Below, piece after piece: positions 1 to 8,020 of a stretch of 64,000 nucleotides of DNA. The stretch comes from a virus (Duplodnaviria; Heunggongvirae; Uroviricota; Caudoviricetes), in the IMG/VR virus record IMGVR_UViG_3300017917_003727. One strand, given 5' to 3'. The position numbers and the translations under genes were made by a program. A model generated the notes under the pieces. It saw only the letters and a list, made by a program, of their open reading frames with translations. It ran no database searches and was not told where the DNA came from. Each line of letters starts with the position of its first letter. Within the stretch, counting starts at the first letter, position 1.

Positions 1-182
1 TAATTAGTCAAAATGGTACTTTACCATGTAATACCGCGGTTGTAGATGCTTACATATCACTCTCAGTAGGATTTAACGGACCATCAATAAGTAATGGTTG
101 TTCAACTTTACAAGTTCTAACCCCACCAAATAATCAATCTTACAGTCAACTATATCAACCATATTACAATCAACAACAATAA
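1..182 (+). CDS. 3' end of a Ser/Thr/Asn/Gln-rich protein (partial; continues left of window)
   Basis: Frame 3 is open from the window edge to TAA at 180-182; composition resembles the following 734-aa protein. Confidence 0.35.
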   Translation, partial: ISQNGTLPCNTAVVDAYISLSVGFNGPSISNGCSTLQVLTPPNNQSYSQLYQPYYNQQQ

Positions 183-206
183 TTCACAATTCAATATTTA
201 TAAAAA

Positions 207-2411
207 ATGGCATATATAATTAAAGATACCACAGCACTTGTAAACACACAACTTACCGACGTAGGTAGAAGAAGAATATCTCAAGGTAACTTCAACATTG
301 CCTATTTTCAGTTGGGTGACAGTGAAGTATGTTATGATTGTATTAGTGGCTCCAATAGTTCACAACAACAAATAATAGTACCTGAATATAACTATCAAAA
401 CGATACTGGGGTACCACAAAGCAATAAAATGGGAATTAAATACCCAATATTTCTTTCAAGTTCAACAGGAGATACAAGTACTTTTGGAATACCTTTTCAA
501 GATTCACAAGTTGTACCAATATTTAATACACCAGAACCCAGAGGATTTTTCACTGGTTCTACAGGGGCTTTTTCAGCGTTTACATCATCAGCCTTAACCA
601 TAACCGCAAATTATACATTTAGTTTGTCTTCATTAACAAGTGGTAATACATTTATTATAAAAACAGGAAGTACTTGTGACGCAACAATTACTGCCACGCC
701 ACAAAATAATCAATTTGTTACATTATTTTTAGATAATGATGGTGGTTGCGGTCAAATTGATTATCCTTTCCCTGTACTTACATACAAAGTTGTAAATGTT
801 ACGGGAACTACCGTAACTGTTGATAGAGTTTTACCTGATTTTACTTCATTTACAGGAACGGGTAGAGCAATTTTCTATCCATCAGGTATGACACCATACT
901 ACGATAGTTACACACCAACCCCATATTATGATGGTGGAGTTTTTTCATTCGAACAAAACTGTGAAATACAACAACAAGATGTTAAAGTTTGGAATATGAA
1001 TCAACCTTGGACTGAAAATCCTGCGGGACTTTCACCCGATGTTTACAAAGGTTTTGAGGAATTTGGTTCTACTGCTTACACATCGACAAAACAATTCTTG
1101 GGATATCAAAGTAACTCAGGACAGACATTTCAAGACGTTAATTATAATTCAATAACTTCAGACACATTTTACTATAATTCATTCGGTGAAAAAATTTATG
1201 TACAACCAAATGAACAAAAAGTTATTTCATTAATTCACTATACAAATCAAGGAATTGATAATTTCTATGGTGAAAAATTTGCAACAGAACCATTTGATTT
1301 GGCTCAGTCGGGCGCGACTGGTCAGGCAAGAAATTTTAAATTAGAGGTACCAACTCTAATGTGGCACAAATCCAAAACAGGTGTAATTGGTGAAACATTT
1401 TACATAGACCCTGCTGGTTTTGACGATTTAAACTTGTTAAGTCCAAATTATATGATATCATCTAAAAATGATAACATGAACTTACCTGGTTTGAGATATT
1501 ATCATCTTTGGGATACACACGCAAATTTAGATGGTTATCCAAGTAGAGTAGGTAAAGTATTTCCTGATTTGAAAATGGTTGTTATTGATGATGAAGAATT
1601 GTGTGCGGCGATGTCATATAAATCCAATAGAAATTATACGTTACCCGCTCCAAGATTGGGATTAGTTGTTCCTAATACATTTAATCAAAACGTTTCAGCA
1701 ACAAGTGGTATATTGAGTGCTAATACTGAGGTAATGTATGTAACATATAGATTCCAAAACACTGGGTCAACAAACGGAATACATTGTAATTATTATTCAT
1801 CAATAAGTGGCTCAACTGTATCAGGACAAACAGATGACGTAATTGTTAGATTTGGTAATGAGTTTCCATTTTTGATAGAAGACATGGGTAATCAACCATC
1901 AGGATTTACATGTACAAATGTTAAATTGATTTGTCAAAAAGTTACCGATGGTACAAGACCTGACCCGACTTTGTGGAGAGAAATAGATGTAACTTCAGCA
2001 ATCACTGCAAACACTGGTTCAATAAACATTGGACCTATGGAAATAAGTGGTACAACCTTCCAAATAACCAAAAATTTATACGACAATGCAGGATATTATA
2101 GACTAGACCAAGTTGTTAATTTACCACTACTAAATTTGAATACAGGTATGACTTTTGGTGAAGAATATTTTTTCTATGGTACCTTAAAAACAGACGTTCA
2201 GGCGACTATCTACGAAATGAGGTATCTAATTAACTTAGCAACCAGTCAATATATTCGTTCATCCAATCCAACATGGAATTTAGGTAAAGATATGTATTTT
2301 TCTGAGGTCGGACTGTTCAATTCAGACAAAGAAATGTTGTTTGTTACAAAACTACAAAGTCCTGAAAAAAGACAGGGAGTCCAACAAATCGTCGTAAAAT
2401 ACGATTTTTAA
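207..2411 (+). CDS. Large hypothetical protein, Ser/Thr/Asn/Gly-rich; possible virion structural/adhesin-like protein
   Basis: 734-aa ORF with no catalytic motif recognised; low-complexity T/S/N-rich segments typical of fibre/structural proteins. Confidence 0.4.
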   Translation: MAYIIKDTTALVNTQLTDVGRRRISQGNFNIAYFQLGDSEVCYDCISGSNSSQQQIIVPEYNYQNDTGVPQSNKMGIKYPIFLSSSTGDTSTFGIPFQDSQVVPIFNTPEPRGFFTGSTGAFSAFTSSALTITANYTFSLSSLTSGNTFIIKTGSTCDATITATPQNNQFVTLFLDNDGGCGQIDYPFPVLTYKVVNVTGTTVTVDRVLPDFTSFTGTGRAIFYPSGMTPYYDSYTPTPYYDGGVFSFEQNCEIQQQDVKVWNMNQPWTENPAGLSPDVYKGFEEFGSTAYTSTKQFLGYQSNSGQTFQDVNYNSITSDTFYYNSFGEKIYVQPNEQKVISLIHYTNQGIDNFYGEKFATEPFDLAQSGATGQARNFKLEVPTLMWHKSKTGVIGETFYIDPAGFDDLNLLSPNYMISSKNDNMNLPGLRYYHLWDTHANLDGYPSRVGKVFPDLKMVVIDDEELCAAMSYKSNRNYTLPAPRLGLVVPNTFNQNVSATSGILSANTEVMYVTYRFQNTGSTNGIHCNYYSSISGSTVSGQTDDVIVRFGNEFPFLIEDMGNQPSGFTCTNVKLICQKVTDGTRPDPTLWREIDVTSAITANTGSINIGPMEISGTTFQITKNLYDNAGYYRLDQVVNLPLLNLNTGMTFGEEYFFYGTLKTDVQATIYEMRYLINLATSQYIRSSNPTWNLGKDMYFSEVGLFNSDKEMLFVTKLQSPEKRQGVQQIVVKYDF

Positions 2412-2412
2412 T

Positions 2413-2443
2413 TTGGCACTTTCAAAAAATTGTTGTAACTTTG
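2413..2443 (+). promoter_or_regulatory. Promoter TTGGCA-N17-TAACTTTG
   Basis: Matches the Bacteroidetes-type -33 TTG / -7 TAnnTTTG consensus; ATG of a small ORF 7 nt downstream. Confidence 0.5.
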
Positions 2444-2450
2444 TATTGTT

Positions 2451-2582
2451 ATGGAAAACAAAGATTGGAAACAGGGTTTATCAAACGGACACATAGCTCA
2501 GATAGTTCGTAGAAAGAATGTTGTTAGAGTTGTAGCTTCCAAGAAAGTCTATGATAGAAAAAAAGTTGAAAAAGTTTGGTAA
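2451..2582 (+). CDS. Small basic hypothetical protein (43 aa), leaderless-type start
   Basis: ATG immediately after a conserved promoter module; translation MENKDWKQGLSNGHIAQIVRRKNVVRVVASKKVYDRKKVEKVW; below the ORF-track size cutoff. Confidence 0.3.
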   Translation: MENKDWKQGLSNGHIAQIVRRKNVVRVVASKKVYDRKKVEKVW

Positions 2583-2606
2583 TTTGTTGGTTTTACCGTA
2601 ACTTTG
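2576..2606 (+). promoter_or_regulatory. Promoter TTGGTA-N17-TAACTTTG driving a non-coding unit
   Basis: Same conserved module as eight other sites; no ATG follows within the transcribed segment. Confidence 0.5.
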
Positions 2607-2611
2607 AATAT

Positions 2612-2736
2612 CGGTAGGTCACACCACAGAAATGAAACGAGACCGTAGCCCTTCACGTTGTTAGGGATTGGTAAGACACTACCACGGACCAAGTGAGACG
2701 GAAAACAGGTTGACAGGGGAGTAATCCCCTTTTTTA
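2612..2736 (+). ncRNA. Candidate ~125-nt small RNA or cis-regulatory leader
   Basis: Promoter module upstream, no ORF, GC-enriched relative to surroundings, ends in GGGGA-GTAAT-CCCC hairpin plus T-run. Confidence 0.4.
2716..2736 (+). terminator. Rho-independent terminator
   Basis: GGGGAGTAATCCCC hairpin followed by TTTTTT. Confidence 0.6.
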
Positions 2737-2757
2737 TTTTATAGGTATTTATTATTA

Positions 2758-3279
2758 ATGAAATTACTTAAATCACTCATTAACCTGATATCTGAAAGTA
2801 GAGGTAGAGAATATAGATTATTTCCTAATATCAGAAAAGGTAAAAAAACAATTATTTTTTTTGAAAGTGCGCACCAAAAATTTGATAGGAGTGGTGATTT
2901 AGATATTTTTGCACCTGAAAACAGACATATCTATGCAAAGATGATGGAAGGTTTTTGGAGGAGTGGTTTACCTACTGATATTATAAGAAAAAATATTGAA
3001 GAAAATTTTGACAAAATATGGGATGAGAGTACTAAGTATTTAGAGACTTGTCAAGAAGATTGTAGAATCTTATTTAAATCAAGGGATAGCGATTTAGAAA
3101 AAATTGAGTACGTAATTGCAATGTATAAATTAGACGATAACGTGATTAAGTTTGTGGTTGTTACTTCATACTTAAGTTACGATAAAGACTATCTCAGAAC
3201 TTTAAAAAGGAATGACCCAACAGTGGTTATATCTGAAAGTATTATGGACTTTGAAAAAATCAAAGTTGTTTACTTATAA
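2758..3279 (+). CDS. Hypothetical protein
   Basis: 173-aa ORF; no recognisable motif. Confidence 0.4.
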   Translation: MKLLKSLINLISESRGREYRLFPNIRKGKKTIIFFESAHQKFDRSGDLDIFAPENRHIYAKMMEGFWRSGLPTDIIRKNIEENFDKIWDESTKYLETCQEDCRILFKSRDSDLEKIEYVIAMYKLDDNVIKFVVVTSYLSYDKDYLRTLKRNDPTVVISESIMDFEKIKVVYL

Positions 3280-3312
3280 GATTTTGTATCTAATTTCTTA
3301 AAAAAACCATAG

Positions 3313-3918
3313 ATGGCTAAAAAACAAGATTTAAAAAATTCGCCCAAAGTTTTAGGATTAGACATTTCAACCAAAACCATAGGATGGGCGTTGTTTGACA
3401 TTCAATCGCACAAACTTTTAGAACTTACACATTTTTCCCCAATCATTAAACCACAACCTGAAGACAAGGTTGAAGAAATGATTTTAAAGGTTAACGCTTT
3501 TATAAAAAAACTTGAAGATTATAAAAATTTGGGAATATCCAAAATTATAATTGAGGAACCACTTTTAGGTTCTAATAATATCCATACAGTTGGAACACTT
3601 ATGAGATATAATGCAATGATTACCAAAGCAATATACGATGTATTGGGAATTGTGCCAAACTATATCTCAACATACAACTCAAGAAAATTTGCTTGGCCAA
3701 AATTAATGGGTAAGAATGATAAAAATCGTGAAACGCTTTTTGGAGGTTACCCCAAAGACATAGACAAAAAACAAGTGATTTGGGAATTTGTTTCTAAACA
3801 AGAACCACAAATTGTTTGGTTATATACTAAAAACATGACACTTAAGAAAGAGTGTTTTGACCAAGCGGATGCATATACCTGTGTTAGAGGGTATATGAAA
3901 ATGAATTCCTTTTGGTAA
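3313..3918 (+). CDS. RuvC-like Holliday junction resolvase
   Basis: N-terminal LGLDISTKTIGWALFD motif (RuvC/YqgF RNase-H-like fold) with downstream acidic residues (IIEEP, DQAD). Confidence 0.6.
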   Translation: MAKKQDLKNSPKVLGLDISTKTIGWALFDIQSHKLLELTHFSPIIKPQPEDKVEEMILKVNAFIKKLEDYKNLGISKIIIEEPLLGSNNIHTVGTLMRYNAMITKAIYDVLGIVPNYISTYNSRKFAWPKLMGKNDKNRETLFGGYPKDIDKKQVIWEFVSKQEPQIVWLYTKNMTLKKECFDQADAYTCVRGYMKMNSFW

Positions 3919-3953
3919 TTTGATATTCCCTTTATTTTTATTATCTTTCTAAC

Positions 3954-4877
3954 ATGGAAGATAATGCAATGTTAGTTGAACTACTCGAAGGAGTATTTGG
4001 TAAATACAAACTGCATTATCCATCCAAAGGACAGATTTCATTTGACTGTCCAGTATGTTCCTACGATATTAAAGGTCTTGATAAGACAGATGGAAAAGGA
4101 AACCTTGAAATCAATTATGCGGAGCACGTGTTCAAATGTTGGGCTTGTGGTGAGACACATAATACAAGAGGACATTTAGGTTATCTTATTGATAGGTACG
4201 GTAAGAAAAAAGAGAAAGAACTTTATGACTTGATTCGTCCCGACGAGTTTAAAAGAGTCGAAAAACAATACGAAAAGTTAAGATTACCCAAAGATTTCAG
4301 ACTTGCAACCGATGGTAGTATTTATCACATCCCATTCAGGGAGATGAGAAACTATCTTAAAAAACGTGGTGTAACCGATGAAATGATTACCAAGCATAAT
4401 ATTGGTTATTCTTTGGAAGGTGACTATGCTTTTAGGATTATAATACCATCATATGATGAGAACGGAAATTTAAATTATTATACGGGTCGTTCTTGGAATC
4501 CTAACACAAAGTCAAAATACAAAAACCCTGAGGCTGAAAAACAGATTGTAATTTTTAATGAAAGTTTGATTAATTGGAATGAAGATATACACATATGTGA
4601 GGGACCTTTTGATGCGCTTTTTCTAAACAACTCAATTGCACTTTTAGGTAAAAAGATGTCAGATGTGTTGTTTGAAACTTTATATGAAAAAGCAAAAAAA
4701 GACATCATAATTGTTTTGGACTCAGACGCTTGGGAAGACTCAAAAAAACTATACTTTAAACTGAGTGGGGGTAGATTATACGGAAGAATAAAAGTGGTAA
4801 AACTACCTGATGGTAAAGATATAGCAGACCTGAAAGGTGAGATATTACCCGAATACTTTATACAATTAGAAAAATAA
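3954..4877 (+). CDS. DNA primase (zinc-ribbon plus TOPRIM domain)
   Basis: CPVC...CWAC zinc ribbon N-terminally; TOPRIM-like ICEGPFDALF ... IVLDSDAWED acidic motifs C-terminally. Confidence 0.6.
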   Translation: MEDNAMLVELLEGVFGKYKLHYPSKGQISFDCPVCSYDIKGLDKTDGKGNLEINYAEHVFKCWACGETHNTRGHLGYLIDRYGKKKEKELYDLIRPDEFKRVEKQYEKLRLPKDFRLATDGSIYHIPFREMRNYLKKRGVTDEMITKHNIGYSLEGDYAFRIIIPSYDENGNLNYYTGRSWNPNTKSKYKNPEAEKQIVIFNESLINWNEDIHICEGPFDALFLNNSIALLGKKMSDVLFETLYEKAKKDIIIVLDSDAWEDSKKLYFKLSGGRLYGRIKVVKLPDGKDIADLKGEILPEYFIQLEK

Positions 4878-5662
4878 TGGACACAATTTTAGAATTAGCA
4901 AAATTTAATGAGGTAAAATATTTTGATGAACCACATAAGTACTATGCTCGTGGTAAAGAATATGTTTCAGCGACTACATTTATTGGTAAATTTAAACCAA
5001 AGTTTGAAACTCAAAGACTAGCAGAACAATATGCGGAAAGAAGAGGATTAAATGTTGATGATGTAATTGCCGACTGGGATTTAAAACGAGACATCTCAAC
5101 GGTAAAAGGTACTTTGGTACATAACATGGCGGAAAATTGGTGGAATAATAAAGCATTCCCTTATGACCCAACAATACCTGTAAAAAGTTTTGGTCACGAT
5201 ATTATAAAAGAAAAATATGAAAAGTGTGAACTACTTTTTAAAAAATTTTGGGCTGACGCATCGGAAAATTTAATTCCTGTTAAAATGGAATTAGTTGTTT
5301 GTGACCATGACTATGAGTTGGCGGGTATGGTTGACTGTTTGTTCTACAACAAAAAATCAGGAATGTTGGAAATTTGGGATTACAAAACCAACAAAGAAAT
5401 TAAAAAGAAAAATGATTATGGTCAAATGTTTAAAGACCCAATATCACATTTAGACGTTTGTGAGATTAATACATACTCACTCCAACTGTCTTTATATAAA
5501 CATATTATAGAAAAGAATACAAATCTTAATATTGGAAATTGTTATTTAATTTGGATAAATGAAAGTAGTGATAATTATAAGATATTCACTTGTAAGGATT
5601 TACAAGCGGAAATTAAACTAATGATTGAACACTATGAAAATAGCAAGAATAAGAAAGGGTAA
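4877..5662 (+). CDS. PD-(D/E)XK family nuclease (Cas4/RecB/YqaJ-like exonuclease)
   Basis: MVDCLF ... LEIWDYKT gives a D...E.K catalytic triad; N-terminal HKYY...G motif common in phage recombination exonucleases. Confidence 0.5.
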   Translation: MDTILELAKFNEVKYFDEPHKYYARGKEYVSATTFIGKFKPKFETQRLAEQYAERRGLNVDDVIADWDLKRDISTVKGTLVHNMAENWWNNKAFPYDPTIPVKSFGHDIIKEKYEKCELLFKKFWADASENLIPVKMELVVCDHDYELAGMVDCLFYNKKSGMLEIWDYKTNKEIKKKNDYGQMFKDPISHLDVCEINTYSLQLSLYKHIIEKNTNLNIGNCYLIWINESSDNYKIFTCKDLQAEIKLMIEHYENSKNKKG

Positions 5663-5770
5663 GAAAAGAGAACAAATCATGTTTTTAAAAAACGTTTTTA
5701 AGAAATTTCAAAATCACCCTACAGTAAAATTACCAAAACACATATTCCATTTGATTAAGTAAGTTTTTTT

Positions 5771-6001
5771 TTGTATATTTTTAATATGCAAGAATCACAA
5801 ATGAAAATCGACTTAAGGGAACAACCTTCAGTTAAGTGTGAAAAATGTGAGAGTCTTTTTTTTGAAGAAGTCACAATGATTAAAAAAGTTTCACGACTTA
5901 TGACAGGTTCCCCTCAGGACACTATTGTCCCTTTTCCAACTTACAGATGCGCGGATTGTAAACATATTAACGAAGAATTTAAGATATTTGATGATAAATA
6001 A
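5771..6001 (+). CDS. Small zinc-ribbon protein
   Basis: CEKCE ... CADCKH pairs of CxxC. Confidence 0.4.
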   Translation: MYIFNMQESQMKIDLREQPSVKCEKCESLFFEEVTMIKKVSRLMTGSPQDTIVPFPTYRCADCKHINEEFKIFDDK

Positions 6002-6773
6002 AATAGTACATTTTTCGGATTTACACATTCGTCTTTTTAAGGACCACGACTTGTATCGCGACATTTTACGCAGTATGTTGTCTCGATTTGAAGAGCTCAA
6101 ACCAGATAGAATTGTGTTTACAGGTGATTTGGTACACTCAAAGAATCAGATGACACCTGAACTAATTGAGATGGTGTCTTGGGTCTTAACGGAGTGTTCT
6201 AAGATTGCTAAAACCGTATTAATTATTGGTAATCACGACTTCTTAGAAAACAATGTGTCAAGATTGGATGCTTTAACACCAATTATTGATTCGTTACAAA
6301 ATGAAAATATTTATTACTACAAAAAAAGAGGTGTATATGCAGACGAAAACATTGATTGGGTGGTATACTCACTTTACGACCACAATATTACTCCCGAAAT
6401 TGATTCAAGTTCTAATAACCTTAAGATTGGGTTATTTCACGGTCCTGTTGTTGGACTTTCTACAGACGTGGGTTATAAATTTGAAGAGGGTTTTGATACA
6501 CATAGGTTCATGGGTTGCGACCTTGTTCTTTGTGGTGATATCCATAAGCGCCAAATCTTTGATATTCCCAATAAAAAGAAAGCTTACATGGTTGGTTCGA
6601 CGATTCAACAAAACTTTGGGGAAACAGTAACTAAACACGGATTTGGTGTTTACGATGTATCTAATGATAAGTATGAGTTTGTTGACTTGGAAAATCCAAA
6701 ACCATTTTTAGTATTCAAGATAGACGATTATTCTGTGATTGAAACAGGTAAAGAAAAACTAAAAAACTATTAA
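5991..6773 (+). CDS. SbcD/Mre11-like nuclease (calcineurin-like phosphoesterase; T4 gp47 analogue)
   Basis: HFSDLHI, TGDLVH and GNHD phosphoesterase motifs; ATG at 5991 overlaps the upstream stop; ORF-track start 5925 is probably too far upstream. Confidence 0.6.
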   Translation: MINKIVHFSDLHIRLFKDHDLYRDILRSMLSRFEELKPDRIVFTGDLVHSKNQMTPELIEMVSWVLTECSKIAKTVLIIGNHDFLENNVSRLDALTPIIDSLQNENIYYYKKRGVYADENIDWVVYSLYDHNITPEIDSSSNNLKIGLFHGPVVGLSTDVGYKFEEGFDTHRFMGCDLVLCGDIHKRQIFDIPNKKKAYMVGSTIQQNFGETVTKHGFGVYDVSNDKYEFVDLENPKPFLVFKIDDYSVIETGKEKLKNY

Positions 6774-6774
6774 A

Positions 6775-7446
6775 ATGTATTCTATTGAAATAAAAGATAA
6801 TAAAGATGTTTATGAGTATTGCCGACTGAACGGAATTACCGATATAAACAAATTCATTCAAGAGTGTTTCAAACAAGGATACGACATAAAAAAATATGGA
6901 TTAATAGGAAATACGGGCGGGATTGAAGAAAAACGGGTGGAAATTGAGGTAATTCGTGAAAAACGGGTAGAAGTACCAGTTGAAATAATTAAGGAAGTTG
7001 AAAAAATTGTTGAAGTTCCTATTGAGATAATTAAGGAAATCCCCGTTGATAAAGTTGTGGTTAAAGAAGTGGTAAAAGAAATACCTGTTGAAAAAATTGT
7101 TACAAAAATAGAATATATTAGTGACAATTCACAAGTTGAAGATTTACTTAAAAAGATTGAAGATTTAGAGTCAGATAAGAAAATATTTTCCACTAAGATA
7201 GAAGAATTAGAGGAAGAGAATAAAAAATTTTCCACTATAATCAAAGAAAAAGAAAATATTTTCCAAAATAATGATAAAACACAACAGTTACAAACAACAA
7301 TTCAAACACTAATGAGTAAGATTAGAGAAAAAGATAAAGAAATAACTGACTTAAAAGAACAGGTAAAAAATACAAGAACAAATGATGATGTAAAACCAGC
7401 GGTGTATTTACGTTCATCAAATTTAGGTGATAATTTATACAAATAA
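6775..7446 (+). CDS. Repeat-containing coiled-coil hypothetical protein
   Basis: Tandem peptide repeats (EKRVEIEV / VEVPVEIIKE / KKIFSTKIEEL); repeats also visible at DNA level. Confidence 0.45.
   Translation: MYSIEIKDNKDVYEYCRLNGITDINKFIQECFKQGYDIKKYGLIGNTGGIEEKRVEIEVIREKRVEVPVEIIKEVEKIVEVPIEIIKEIPVDKVVVKEVVKEIPVEKIVTKIEYISDNSQVEDLLKKIEDLESDKKIFSTKIEELEEENKKFSTIIKEKENIFQNNDKTQQLQTTIQTLMSKIREKDKEITDLKEQVKNTRTNDDVKPAVYLRSSNLGDNLYK
6927..7110 (+). repeat. Imperfect in-frame tandem repeats inside a CDS
   Basis: gaaaaacgggtRgaa and gttgaaataattaaggaa units repeated. Confidence 0.4.
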
Positions 7447-7455
7447 TAATATAAT

Positions 7456-7791
7456 ATGTGGTTAACAATTTGGATTTTGATGGCTTATGGAATGAGTCAA
7501 ATTTTAGTTTACGGTTCGATATTCGAATCATTTAGGAATGGTATTCATAAATGGGGTAACGATGAATATGCACCATTTCAAGGAATAGGAAAATTTTTAT
7601 CAGGACTAATATCCTGTATGATGTGTACATCAACATGGGTTGGATTTTTTATGAGCTTAGTTCTTTTTTCTCCAACAGAGTATTGTTTTAATACTCACAT
7701 TGTAATTTCAACATTTTTTGACGGAATGTTGGGCTCAGGTTCGGTTTGGGCACTAAATGCAATAATCGAATGGTTTGAATCTAAAAAATAA
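7456..7791 (+). CDS. Small membrane protein
   Basis: Two to three hydrophobic helices; CMMCTSTWVGFF segment. Confidence 0.4.
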   Translation: MWLTIWILMAYGMSQILVYGSIFESFRNGIHKWGNDEYAPFQGIGKFLSGLISCMMCTSTWVGFFMSLVLFSPTEYCFNTHIVISTFFDGMLGSGSVWALNAIIEWFESKK

Positions 7792-7809
7792 TTTTATTAT
7801 AATTAAGTT

Positions 7810-8016
7810 ATGCCAGTTTCAAGAAATAGAAAAAATCACAAAAAGAAAGTTGCACAAAGGAACAAGCAACACAAACAACAAGTTAAAAAAGCTCAAGAGT
7901 TATACAATCAAAAAATAATTGAGCATTTAAAACAAATGCACGAAGAATACGTAAAGTCATCAGGTGATACCGAAAACAATGGACCTGTTCAATCCACCCC
8001 TAACACCGAACTATAA
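7810..8016 (+). CDS. Small highly basic protein
   Basis: 68 aa, rich in K/R/H/Q; possible nucleic-acid binding. Confidence 0.35.
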   Translation: MPVSRNRKNHKKKVAQRNKQHKQQVKKAQELYNQKIIEHLKQMHEEYVKSSGDTENNGPVQSTPNTEL

Positions 8017-8020
8017 GTAC

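Noticed and set aside
2460-2560. tRNA-like sequence (…catagctcagatagttcgtag…) in the 2.4-2.6 kb gap
   Set aside because: No acceptor-stem complementarity and no T-loop GTTCRA consensus with a proper stem could be found. The segment reads cleanly as the small basic ORF 2451-2582.
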